Shown here piece by piece: positions 9,199 through 18,093 of a DNA stretch of 64,000 bases. The DNA is taken from contig JBDHJU010000040.1 in assembly GCA_039586755.1 (NCBI GenBank), positions 1,885-65,884 on the forward strand. The letters are read 5' to 3'. Position 1 is the first letter of the stretch. The number at the start of each line of letters is the position of its first letter. A program made the translations under genes and the position numbers. The notes under the pieces were generated by a model. It saw nothing but the letters and a program-made list of their open reading frames with translations. It was not told the DNA's origin and searched no databases. This stretch comes from Gemmatimonadota bacterium. GTDB lineage: Bacteria; Gemmatimonadota; Gemmatimonadetes; Palauibacterales; KS3-K002.

Positions 9199-11897
9199 AT
9201 AAGACGACGGTTCACTCCGAGGGCGACATTAGCATCCTCCGCGCGCTGGCTCAGCGCATCGATCCGGGGGATGCGGGGGCGTATAACAACCTGGGAGTGG
9301 TGTTCTACCAAAAGGGCCTATACGAGGAAGCGATCGAGCAGTTTCGTCGCGCGCTGGCGATTGATGGTAAGATGGAGGTGGCGCGACGGAACCTGGACAT
9401 CGCCTATCATCAGACGGGCTACTACGATCGTCGTATTGCCGAGCTGATCGCTCGCCTGCGCGCCAATGAGGATGACGACGACGCCCGCTACAGCCTCGCC
9501 GAAGCATACTTCAACACCGGCCGCTTCGACGAAGCCATCGTTCAGTATGAGAAGCTGATCGAGAAAAAGCCCGGCAACGTTCGGGTTCTGTTGAGGCTCG
9601 GTGCCGCCGAGAAGCAACGCGGCGAGTTGAAACGGGCCATTGAATGGTTCGAGAAGGCCCGCGAGCTTCAACCCGACCGCCCCTTCATCTACTATTCGTT
9701 GGGCGAGATCCTCTACAACCAGGGGATGAACGAGGAGGCTATCGCCCACCTCCGCAAAGCGCTGCAGCTGAATCCTTCCGTCGCCGAGGTGCACCACCTG
9801 CTGAGCTTCGTCTACGGCGACATCGGTGCGGCCGATAAGGCAGCCGAGCATGCGGCGCATGCCGCTGAGCTCAACCCGGCGGCCACACGGGTACGGGCGA
9901 ACCTCTCGCTCGATCGTTACAGTCCGGCCCAGTACGTCGAGCTCACCGGTAAGGTGGCTGCGCCGAGCGTCGAGGGGGCAAAGGCGTTTGCGCACTACAG
10001 TTTGGGGATCGCCTTTCGAGCACGCGGACTCTACGAAGAGGCGCGACAAGAGTTCACGCGCGGGCGCGAGGCCGGCGAAGATCCGACCTTGATCGATCAA
10101 GCGGAAGCCGAGTTGGCGCTTCTCGAGGGCGACGCGGAGGGGGCATTGGCGAGATACGATTCGCTACTCGCCAGAGTCAGCAACAGCCCCAAGGTCTGGA
10201 ACGAGCGCGGTGTTACGCTCCACCAGGTCGGACGTCTGGACGAGGCCGAGGAGAGCTACCGTCGCGCCCTGGACCTCGACGAAGGCTACGCTTTGGCCTG
10301 GAACAACATTGGGGTGGCGGCCGCGCACCGCGGCGACCAAGAGAGTGCCGAGGCCGCGTTCCGGCGGGCGCTCGAGATTCAAGCCGAGCTGAACGACGCG
10401 CGACTCAATCTGGGGCTGCTCTGGGTGCTGGCCGATAGGCACGATAGCAGTCTTCAGCTGCACCGCGATATGCTGAAGGTGGATTCGAGTCGTGCGGACG
10501 CATGGAACGGCTTGGGCTCGGCGCTGATGGCTATGGACCGGTTCGCCGAGGCGCGCAACGCGTTTGCGCGTGCCGTGGAGGCAAACCCGAACTTCCCGCC
10601 GGCACGCTACAATCTGAGCTTCGCGCTCGCTCGCCTTGGTGAGCATGAGGATGCCCTGCGTGAGACCAAGATGGCGCTGGAGCTCGATCCGTATTACACA
10701 GCGCCACGCTACAAGCTGTCGATCGATCTGCAGTATGAGGGTGGCGACGTGTGGGCGCCGGAGCTGGCGGCACCAGAACGAGTCGCGCCGAAGGATGACG
10801 GGGTCCGTGATTTCGATTTCGATCCGGCGGAGTTGGAGTCGGTCTTCCACGAACTCGAGGGGCCGGAAGCTGAAGAGAAGGAGGCGGCGCCCAGCGAGAC
10901 GTTCGAGTTGGCTCGGGACCATCTCGCAAACGGCCTCTACGATGGGGCGCTCTCCGAAGCCGCACGAGTTCTGCGCGAGGGTGGCGATGCGGGCGAAGGC
11001 GCGCTGATCATCGGTGAGGTCTATCTGCAGCGCGGGCTCTACGGCGAGGCGCTCGAGCGCTTCGAGGAAGCGCGCGCCCTGCGACCTGACGATCCGCAGG
11101 TACTCGCCGGCGCTACCCGCTGTCTGTTGCAGCTTGATCGCGTCGATGAGGCACGGCTGGCGGCGGAAGCCTTGCAGCCGAAGGCGGGCCAGGATGTCAC
11201 GCATCTGCTGATGGTCGGTGAGGCACTGACCCGGTCGGGCGAAGCGAAACGAGCGATGGAGGTGCTCGACCTGGCGGCGCAGCTTGCTCCGCAGGACCCG
11301 GTCGTGCATCGACAGATCGCCAGGGCCGCCCTAGCGGTGGGCAACCGGCGGCGCGCCCGGGATGCCTACCGAAAGGCGATAGCCGAGGACCCGGACTTCA
11401 CGGCGGCGCGTGTGGAATTCGGGCGCCTGTTGGTCGAAGAAGGTGCGTACAGCGAAGCGGAGGCCGAGATTCGACAGGCCCTCGAGCTCATGCCTACCTA
11501 TGCCGACGGCGCCCTGGTGCTCTCCGATTTGCTGAATCGCCAAGGTCGGGGTCGTGAGGCCGTGAACTTGCTCGTGGGTTTCTTGGAAACCGAGCCGTAC
11601 AACCTCGACGCCCTGGTGCTGCTGAGTGAGGCGTTGCTCGCCGAGGGTAAGCGTCGCGACGCGGAACAGGCGCTCGTTCGAGTGGTGCGCTTCGACCCGG
11701 AGCGGCCCGCCGCGCTGTTTCGCCTCGGAGAGCTCACTGCCGAGTCGGGTCGTTACCGCGACGCGCTCGGCTATTGGCGCCGACTCATAGAGGCGGCTCC
11801 GGATAGCGAGTACGCCGCTCGCGCCCGGGTGCAGGCGCGCGTTGCGTTGGGGATGGGTAGCGCCTTTGAGGGCCAGACAGCAGGGAGCGGTGCCTGA
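9195..11897 (+). CDS. Large TPR-repeat protein (900 aa)
   Basis: GTGA overlap with cheC. TPR-like 34-aa repeats (A..Y..AL.L.P....A..NLG) run along the whole length. No signal peptide or TM segment seen. Confidence 0.8.
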   Translation: MNKTTVHSEGDISILRALAQRIDPGDAGAYNNLGVVFYQKGLYEEAIEQFRRALAIDGKMEVARRNLDIAYHQTGYYDRRIAELIARLRANEDDDDARYSLAEAYFNTGRFDEAIVQYEKLIEKKPGNVRVLLRLGAAEKQRGELKRAIEWFEKARELQPDRPFIYYSLGEILYNQGMNEEAIAHLRKALQLNPSVAEVHHLLSFVYGDIGAADKAAEHAAHAAELNPAATRVRANLSLDRYSPAQYVELTGKVAAPSVEGAKAFAHYSLGIAFRARGLYEEARQEFTRGREAGEDPTLIDQAEAELALLEGDAEGALARYDSLLARVSNSPKVWNERGVTLHQVGRLDEAEESYRRALDLDEGYALAWNNIGVAAAHRGDQESAEAAFRRALEIQAELNDARLNLGLLWVLADRHDSSLQLHRDMLKVDSSRADAWNGLGSALMAMDRFAEARNAFARAVEANPNFPPARYNLSFALARLGEHEDALRETKMALELDPYYTAPRYKLSIDLQYEGGDVWAPELAAPERVAPKDDGVRDFDFDPAELESVFHELEGPEAEEKEAAPSETFELARDHLANGLYDGALSEAARVLREGGDAGEGALIIGEVYLQRGLYGEALERFEEARALRPDDPQVLAGATRCLLQLDRVDEARLAAEALQPKAGQDVTHLLMVGEALTRSGEAKRAMEVLDLAAQLAPQDPVVHRQIARAALAVGNRRRARDAYRKAIAEDPDFTAARVEFGRLLVEEGAYSEAEAEIRQALELMPTYADGALVLSDLLNRQGRGREAVNLLVGFLETEPYNLDALVLLSEALLAEGKRRDAEQALVRVVRFDPERPAALFRLGELTAESGRYRDALGYWRRLIEAAPDSEYAARARVQARVALGMGSAFEGQTAGSGA

Positions 11898-13030
11898 TGC
11901 CGATCGAAGGCTCACTGCGTGAGTTCGCGCTCACCGACATTTTTCAGCTGCTTCACCTGTCCCGGAAGACGGGTGAGCTGAGGATCGTACGTGAGCCATC
12001 GGGCAGCACCGGATTGGTGATATTCAACCATGGGACCGTGGTAGGGACGATCCTCGACGAGGCCAGTCCTCGCCTTGGATACATGTTGCTGAACGCGGGT
12101 AAGATAACCGAGGCGGATCTTCACAGGGCTGATCAGCTCCATTCGGAGGACCCGAGCCGGTCCTGGACGGATATCCTGACATCGATGGAGGTCGTCGAGT
12201 CCTCGGAAATGGACAGGTTCATCCGGTTCCAGGTCGAGGAAACCGCCTACGAGATTCTCGGTTGGGAGGATGGCAAGTTCTCGTTCGAGGAACGCGACGT
12301 CGACGACGCGGAATGTGTCACCCTGATTCCGGTCGAGTCGATCTTGATGGAAGGAGCCCGCCGGGCGGATGAGATGTCGGCGCTGGCCACTACGATCGAG
12401 AGTCCGACCGCCGTACCGCGCTTGTCTGATCGAGCCGGCGAGGGCGGTATGATCGATCTCGCGCCGGAAGAATGGGAGATCCTCGGTCGCATCGATGGCA
12501 CGAGCGACGTCAAATCGATCGCCTGGACCCTGGGCCGCAACGAGGTCGAGGTCAGCAAGATAATTTCGAAGCTCGCGGAGCTGAGCCTGGTCGAGATCGG
12601 CGACGAGGAGGAGATCGCCCGCACCCGACCTCCCCACGAGGTGTCTCTCGATGAGGCGGAGGGTCTGCTGGAGAGCGGCGAGGTGCGCGAGGCGCGACGC
12701 CATATCACGTCGGTGCTGAAGCGACACCCGGAAGAACCGCGTGCACATCTACTGGCGGCCAGGGCGTTGGAGCGATCCGGTGATTGGCTCGGTGCTACCG
12801 AAGCATACGAGAGAACCCTGGCAATCGACCCGTTGGCTGTCGAAGCGCGACAGAGGCTTGGCCTGGTGCGTTTGAAGATGGGGGACATAGAAGGTGCAGC
12901 GCGTGAGTGGACGGCGTACCTGCGAATGGCGCCGGATTCGCTTGACAAGAGCACCGTTAACCGGGCGATAGAGGCCGTGCGCGAACTACAGATCGTTTTG
13001 GACGTGTTGGATGGACGGGAAGACGCGTAG
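11897..13030 (+). CDS. PATAN (DUF4388) domain protein with C-terminal TPR
   Basis: N-terminus IEGSLREFALTDIFQLLHLSRKTGELRI matches the DUF4388/PATAN signature. C-terminus carries TPR repeats. 1-nt TGATG overlap with the upstream gene. Confidence 0.75.
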   Translation: MPIEGSLREFALTDIFQLLHLSRKTGELRIVREPSGSTGLVIFNHGTVVGTILDEASPRLGYMLLNAGKITEADLHRADQLHSEDPSRSWTDILTSMEVVESSEMDRFIRFQVEETAYEILGWEDGKFSFEERDVDDAECVTLIPVESILMEGARRADEMSALATTIESPTAVPRLSDRAGEGGMIDLAPEEWEILGRIDGTSDVKSIAWTLGRNEVEVSKIISKLAELSLVEIGDEEEIARTRPPHEVSLDEAEGLLESGEVREARRHITSVLKRHPEEPRAHLLAARALERSGDWLGATEAYERTLAIDPLAVEARQRLGLVRLKMGDIEGAAREWTAYLRMAPDSLDKSTVNRAIEAVRELQIVLDVLDGREDA

Positions 13031-13817
13031 ATCGCTGCAGAGTCTGAGCGAAGAGGTCGCCACGAACCCGAACTCGACGGCGTTTGTGGAGCTGGCCGCG
13101 GCATACAGGGAGCGTGGCGACAGCGAGCGCGCTCTGCGGCTCTGCCTGCGCGGTCTCCAGCGGCATCCGACACACGTTGAGGCCCATTTCGAGCTCGGCC
13201 TGATATATGAGGCGCGTGGCGAACGGGAGCTGGCGCTGGACGAGTGGGGAATCGTACGGCAGCTAGCGCCAGACCACGTGGCCTCGCGTTTGGCGCTGAT
13301 CCGGCTCTATCTGGACGAGGAGCGATACGTCGATGCGGAGATCGAGCTGAAGGCTGCTCGGGCGCTCGCACCCGCCGACAGTGCGGTCGCCGGGCTGTGG
13401 CAGGCGCTCCAGGCCGCGCAACGCGATGCGGTTCCTGACCAGGCAGGGGGCACCGCGACCGCCGGTCTCTTCGCTGCCCTCGAGAGCGAGCAGCCCGGAA
13501 CGCTCGGGGTGATGCTGGTCGGCGGAGACGGTCAGCTGCTGGAGGGTCGGATGACGCGACGCGGTGCCGAGTCGGATCGGATGCTCGGCGTGACCCTGAA
13601 TGGTGCCAATTCCGAGGCGACGCGCGTCGCGTCTTATCTAGGCTTGGGCGAGTTGCAGGGTATGATCATCGAGAGCGCGGTGGCTCGGCTCACGGTATCC
13701 CCTGTAAGCGATGGGATTGTGATCGTGGCGACGCGCGCTGACGTCCCGGCCGGCCAGGCGGCCCGGCTCGTGCAGCGCGCCCGCGAGATCGCCGAGACTC
13801 ATCTGGGTGACGAATAG
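13011..13817 (+). CDS. TPR - Roadblock/LC7 fusion protein
   Basis: The N-terminal ~120 aa are TPR. The C-terminal ~110 aa (LGVMLVGGDGQLLEG...LQGMIIESAVARLTVSPVSDGIVIVATRADVPAG) have the Roadblock/LC7 pattern. Confidence 0.7.
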   Translation: MDGKTRRSLQSLSEEVATNPNSTAFVELAAAYRERGDSERALRLCLRGLQRHPTHVEAHFELGLIYEARGERELALDEWGIVRQLAPDHVASRLALIRLYLDEERYVDAEIELKAARALAPADSAVAGLWQALQAAQRDAVPDQAGGTATAGLFAALESEQPGTLGVMLVGGDGQLLEGRMTRRGAESDRMLGVTLNGANSEATRVASYLGLGELQGMIIESAVARLTVSPVSDGIVIVATRADVPAGQAARLVQRAREIAETHLGDE

Positions 13818-13819
13818 CG

Positions 13820-14182
13820 ATGAGGACTCCGTACGGGGACCTGTTGGCTAGAGTGATGAGTTCGCCAGGCGTTCGTGGTGCCCTCGTGGTCGCGGTGCGA
13901 GACGGCCTTGTGGTCGACGGTCGTGTGCACGTCGGTGTTGAGGGTGAAGCGGTGGCGGCGCTCGCCGCATCGCTCTACCGCCGCGCTTGTCGAGCGACCG
14001 GCGCCACCGAGGGCAAGGGTCGCTTCGTCGAGCTGGAGGCCGACGGCGGCCGCATCATGATCGCTGGCAAGAACGACCTGGCTATGATGGCGGTCCTCCA
14101 ACGACGCGCGAACGCGGGGCAGGCGCGGGTGGCCGTGCAGCGGGCCGCCGATGACCTGGCGGCGCTGGAGGGGCAGGCGTAG
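13820..14182 (+). CDS. Roadblock/LC7 domain protein
   Basis: 120 aa. VRGALVVAVRDGLVVDG...FVELEADGGRIMIAGKNDLAMMAVLQRRANAG is a typical Roadblock/LC7 fold signature. Confidence 0.72.
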   Translation: MRTPYGDLLARVMSSPGVRGALVVAVRDGLVVDGRVHVGVEGEAVAALAASLYRRACRATGATEGKGRFVELEADGGRIMIAGKNDLAMMAVLQRRANAGQARVAVQRAADDLAALEGQA

Positions 14183-14671
14183 ATGGAGCGCCTGGAAATC
14201 AAGCAGATACAGGACGCCTTCGATGAACCGCTCCGAGTTTTCGTCCGCGAGTCGGGCGTCGGGCTGGCCGTGCTGATCAATCGCAGCGGCCAGGTCCTGG
14301 CGCAGCACGGCTTCGACAAAGTTTTCGACCTCGTCGGTGTCGCGTCGCTCGCTGCCGGTATTAACGCATCGAGTCGCGCCCTCGCGAATCAACTCGGCGA
14401 AGAGCAGTTCGAGCACCTTCACCATGCGGGGCGAGCGCGGCAGCTGTTTCTCGGCCACTTCGACTCGGGCGCCGGACAGCTGATGCTCGTGGCGGTGTTC
14501 GACGACCGCTCGTCCATCGGTCTGGTTAGGCTGTTCTTCGAGCAGTTCGTCGGCGGGATACGGCGACTACCATCGATGGATGCATCGCGAAAGGCTGTGA
14601 GTGCGGCGGAGTTCGAGGCAGAGCTCGAAACAAGCCTCGACAAGTTCTTCCAAGATCTGATAGGCGGCTGA
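14183..14671 (+). CDS. mglB: MglB-like Roadblock/LC7 GTPase-activating protein
   Basis: By-eye alignment to Myxococcus MglB over the full length: AVLINRSGQVLAQHG, SLAAGINASSRALANQLGEEQF, MLVAVFDDRSSIGLVRL. Lies immediately upstream of mglA, as in Myxococcus. Confidence 0.85.
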   Translation: MERLEIKQIQDAFDEPLRVFVRESGVGLAVLINRSGQVLAQHGFDKVFDLVGVASLAAGINASSRALANQLGEEQFEHLHHAGRARQLFLGHFDSGAGQLMLVAVFDDRSSIGLVRLFFEQFVGGIRRLPSMDASRKAVSAAEFEAELETSLDKFFQDLIGG

Positions 14672-14673
14672 CG

Positions 14674-15297
14674 ATGTCGCTCGTGAACTACGCAACACGA
14701 GAGATTACCTGCAAGATCGTCTACTACGGTCCGGGACGGTCTGGTAAGACAACGAACTTGCAGTACATCCACAGTCGCGTCCCTTGGGATCGGAAAGGCG
14801 AGATGGTCTCGCTGGCAACCGAAGCGGACAGGACTCTCTTCTTCGATTTCCTTCCCCTGGAGCTCGGCCAGATCTCCGGGTTCACGACGCGTTTCCAGCT
14901 GTACACGGTGCCGGGCCAAGTCTACTACAATGCGACGCGCAGGCTCGTCCTGCAGGGTGCCGACGGAGTGGTCTTCGTCGCCGACAGCCAGAGGCCGCAG
15001 ATCGATGGTAACATCGAATCGCTGCGCAACCTACACGAGAACCTGCTCGAGCACGGGATCGACATTCGTGACATCCCGGTGGTGATACAGTACAACAAGC
15101 GCGACCTACCTAACGTCTTCAGCATCGAACAGCTGGAGGAGGAGCTGAACTTCAGGAATGTGCCGAGTCATCCGGCGTCGGCACTATTGGGGGAGGGTGT
15201 GTTCGATACACTCAGGTCAGCGAGCGAGGGGGTTCTGAAGAAACTGGCGAGGAAGCTCGAGGTCTCGGCCGCTGACACGATGGGAGAGCCAGGGTGA
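14674..15297 (+). CDS. mglA: MglA-family Ras-like small GTPase
   Basis: Near-colinear with Myxococcus MglA: CKIVYYGPGRSGKTTNLQYI (P-loop), DRTLFFDFLPL (intrinsic Arg), YTVPGQVYY (catalytic Gln), QYNKRDLPN (NKxD). Confidence 0.95.
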   Translation: MSLVNYATREITCKIVYYGPGRSGKTTNLQYIHSRVPWDRKGEMVSLATEADRTLFFDFLPLELGQISGFTTRFQLYTVPGQVYYNATRRLVLQGADGVVFVADSQRPQIDGNIESLRNLHENLLEHGIDIRDIPVVIQYNKRDLPNVFSIEQLEEELNFRNVPSHPASALLGEGVFDTLRSASEGVLKKLARKLEVSAADTMGEPG

Positions 15298-16472
15298 GCG
15301 CTGCCATCGATCCGTCGTTGACCTTCGCCAATTTCGTGGTCGGGCAGGAAAATCGCCTGGCATGCGAGGCGGCGCGCACCGCCTCTGAGTCGCCGGGCTC
15401 TGCCTATAACCCCCTGTTCATCTACAGCGATACCGGTCTCGGAAAGACCCATTTGCTGATCGCGCTCGCCAATCGTGCCAAAGAGTTGCAGCCGGATCTG
15501 AAGGTCGTCTATGTGCCGCTCGAAGAGCTGATGCGGGCGCTGTCCAGCACCGACGACTCCGATTCGTCATACCGGGACGCGGATATCCTCCTGATCGACG
15601 ATCTGCAGTTCATCGGTGACCACCGTCAGGGTCACCAGATACTCTTTCACCTCCTCGATCACCTGCTGATGGCGGGTAAGCAGGTAGCCCTCGCCTGTGA
15701 CCGCCCGCCGTTGGAGTTGGGCGAGCTCGACGACCGGCTGCTGTCACGTTTCAGTGGCGGCCTGGTTGTTGACATAGGGCGGCCGACACTGGAAACGCGA
15801 CGGGCGATTCTAGAGCTGCGTCTTTCCGCCTTTGGCCAGGACCTGAGAGCGGAGGTCGTCGACGCGATCGCGCGGCGCGCGATAGAGAACGTGCGCCAGT
15901 TGAATGGGGCGCTGAACAGAATACTTGCGGCTCAGAGGTCGGAGGGGCGCGAGGTAGAGGCCGATGAGGTGGATCGCCTGCTCGCAGATGTAGTTTCGGA
16001 TGCCGACATGCCGTGGCTGGCCGAAGCGGCGCAGCGTACGGGAGCCGAGTTCGAGGATTTTCTTACCGACGTCTCCAGCGCGGTCGAGGAAGCGCTCGGT
16101 TCTCCGAAATGGCGCGAGGATCTCGCCCGGGCGATCCTCAAATGGGAGGGCGAAGGATACGTTACTAGTCGGCTCGAGTCGTATCTCGAAGGTGATGAGA
16201 CGGTCGACGCCCAAGAGGTGGTTGCCGCCTACGAGCGTGACGTCGCGACGCTCAGATCGATCGAGGAAGAACTGGGCCGGCTCGATGCCGAGGTCCAGGA
16301 CAGTCAGGTCGTGAAGGACCCAGAGCGTATCGAGCAGGCCAGGCAACTGCTGGAGGAAGCGCGCCGTTCCAACCTGGCGGTCGACGATTTCTTCTTCGAT
16401 GATGAGAAGGTTGTCTGGGAGTGGCCGGTAATAGAGGAGCAACTGATGGAGGGCTGGAGCGATGGCTATTAA
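15294..16472 (+). CDS. DnaA-like AAA+ ATPase (domain III only) with an acidic C-terminal extension
   Basis: LTFANFVVGQENRLA, YNPLFIYSDTGLGKTHLL (Walker A), ILLIDDLQF (Walker B), RLLSRFSGGLVVDI and VRQLNGALNRI match DnaA/Hda domain III. No domain I and no domain IV helix-turn-helix. GTGA overlap with mglA. Confidence 0.8.
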   Translation: MSAAIDPSLTFANFVVGQENRLACEAARTASESPGSAYNPLFIYSDTGLGKTHLLIALANRAKELQPDLKVVYVPLEELMRALSSTDDSDSSYRDADILLIDDLQFIGDHRQGHQILFHLLDHLLMAGKQVALACDRPPLELGELDDRLLSRFSGGLVVDIGRPTLETRRAILELRLSAFGQDLRAEVVDAIARRAIENVRQLNGALNRILAAQRSEGREVEADEVDRLLADVVSDADMPWLAEAAQRTGAEFEDFLTDVSSAVEEALGSPKWREDLARAILKWEGEGYVTSRLESYLEGDETVDAQEVVAAYERDVATLRSIEEELGRLDAEVQDSQVVKDPERIEQARQLLEEARRSNLAVDDFFFDDEKVVWEWPVIEEQLMEGWSDGY

Positions 16473-18093
16473 AGGCAGCCTTAAAGAAGCCAGCCTGCCT
16501 GATGTTCTCCAGCTCCTCACCATGGGAGGTAAGACGGGCTGCCTATCTGTCACGGACCGGCAGAGCTTCGGTTACATCTATTTCGAGGAAGGCCGGATTA
16601 TCTACGCCTCGCTGCTCAATCGACGCGACCGGATCGGGGATATCCTGGTGCGGGAGGCTGTGATTTCGCGTGAACAGTTGGACGCAGCGATCGAGGAGCA
16701 GAGTGCCACTCGCGACGGCCGACGCTTGGGCGAGATCCTCAAAGACAGCGGGTATATCGAGCAGGACACACTGCACAGGTGGGTGCGCTATCAGATCGAG
16801 GAGGCAGTGTACCACCTGTTCACCTGGAGCCAGGGCACGTTCTACTTCGAGCCGGGCCAGCGCCCCGATCGGGAGCAGATACTGGTCTCGATCGACCCCG
16901 AGAGCCTGTTGCTGGAGGGAGCGCGGCGAGTTGACGAATGGAGCCAGATAGAGAAGAAAGTCTCGTCGCTCGAGTTGGTCTTTTCGTTGCACCCTGAGCG
17001 GTCACAAGCGATATCGTCGCTCAACCTCACCGAGGAACAGCAAAAGCTACTCCCGTTGCTGGATGGTAAGCACAGCGGTTGGGACATCATCGAAGAGACC
17101 GCGCTGGGTGAGTTCGAGGTAGGTAAGGCGCTCTTCGGTTTGGTGACTGCCGGGTTGATCCGCCGGGTTGGAAGGCGCGAACGGAAATCTCCGCGGGCCG
17201 AGGCTCGGGCCAGGGTGAATGAGCACCGTAACCTGGGTGTGGCGTTCTACCGAACCGGAATGTACGACGAGGCTGTACGTGAGTTGAGGCAGGTGCTCGA
17301 GCTCGAGCCCGAGGCACTGGATGCCGAGTTCTTCTTGGGGCTCGTGGCACTCCGCCGCGGTGACCTGGATGCGGCCGAGAAGAAGTTCGTCGAGATCATG
17401 GAGGCCGGCGCGGTCCAACCCGCGCTATACAACGACCTCGCCCTAGTGCTGGCGGGCCAGGGCAAACTGGGGCAGGCGGCAGCGCTGCTCGACGAGGGAC
17501 TCGAGAAGACCCAAGCTCACCCGAAGCTTCTGCTGACAAAGGCTGTGTGCCAGTTGAAGCTAGGCGATTCCGCGGCATCGAAGAGCACACTCGACGCTTT
17601 CGCAGCGGTCGCGAGCGGGGAGTTGCCGCCTCTGTACTACTCGACGCGCGCGCTGGCCGAGGCGATGTCAGCCGACCTGGATTCGGCGGCTGAGATGGCG
17701 GCCGAAGGTGTGGAACGGCATCCGAGCTCGGCAGCGCTTGCCAACAACGCCGGCGTGATCATGGAGAGGAAGGGCGACCTGGAGGGTGCCCGGGTGCTGT
17801 ACGAGAAGGCGTTCGAGCAGGACTCGGCGCTCCCACAAGCGTCCAAGAATCTGGGTGACCTTCTGTATCGAGAGGGCCTGTACGACAAAGCTGCCGAGGC
17901 CTACAAGCGGGCACTGCGTGCCAACCCGAATCTCGGAGACGACGTGTACGCCAAGCTGGGCAACGTCTACTACAAAGGGCGCGATCGCGAGAAGGCAGTC
18001 GAGATGTGGAGGCGAGCGCTTGAAATCAACCCCGCCAACGAGGTCGTGCGCACGAACCTTGAATTCGTGAAGGGCGATGCCGGCGACGGGTGA
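16462..18093 (+). CDS. PATAN (DUF4388) domain protein with C-terminal TPR array
   Basis: N-terminus IKGSLKEASLPDVLQLLTMGGKTGCLSV...IYFEEGRIIYA is the DUF4388/PATAN signature. The ~300 aa C-terminus is TPR. Confidence 0.78.
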   Translation: MAIKGSLKEASLPDVLQLLTMGGKTGCLSVTDRQSFGYIYFEEGRIIYASLLNRRDRIGDILVREAVISREQLDAAIEEQSATRDGRRLGEILKDSGYIEQDTLHRWVRYQIEEAVYHLFTWSQGTFYFEPGQRPDREQILVSIDPESLLLEGARRVDEWSQIEKKVSSLELVFSLHPERSQAISSLNLTEEQQKLLPLLDGKHSGWDIIEETALGEFEVGKALFGLVTAGLIRRVGRRERKSPRAEARARVNEHRNLGVAFYRTGMYDEAVRELRQVLELEPEALDAEFFLGLVALRRGDLDAAEKKFVEIMEAGAVQPALYNDLALVLAGQGKLGQAAALLDEGLEKTQAHPKLLLTKAVCQLKLGDSAASKSTLDAFAAVASGELPPLYYSTRALAEAMSADLDSAAEMAAEGVERHPSSAALANNAGVIMERKGDLEGARVLYEKAFEQDSALPQASKNLGDLLYREGLYDKAAEAYKRALRANPNLGDDVYAKLGNVYYKGRDREKAVEMWRRALEINPANEVVRTNLEFVKGDAGDG

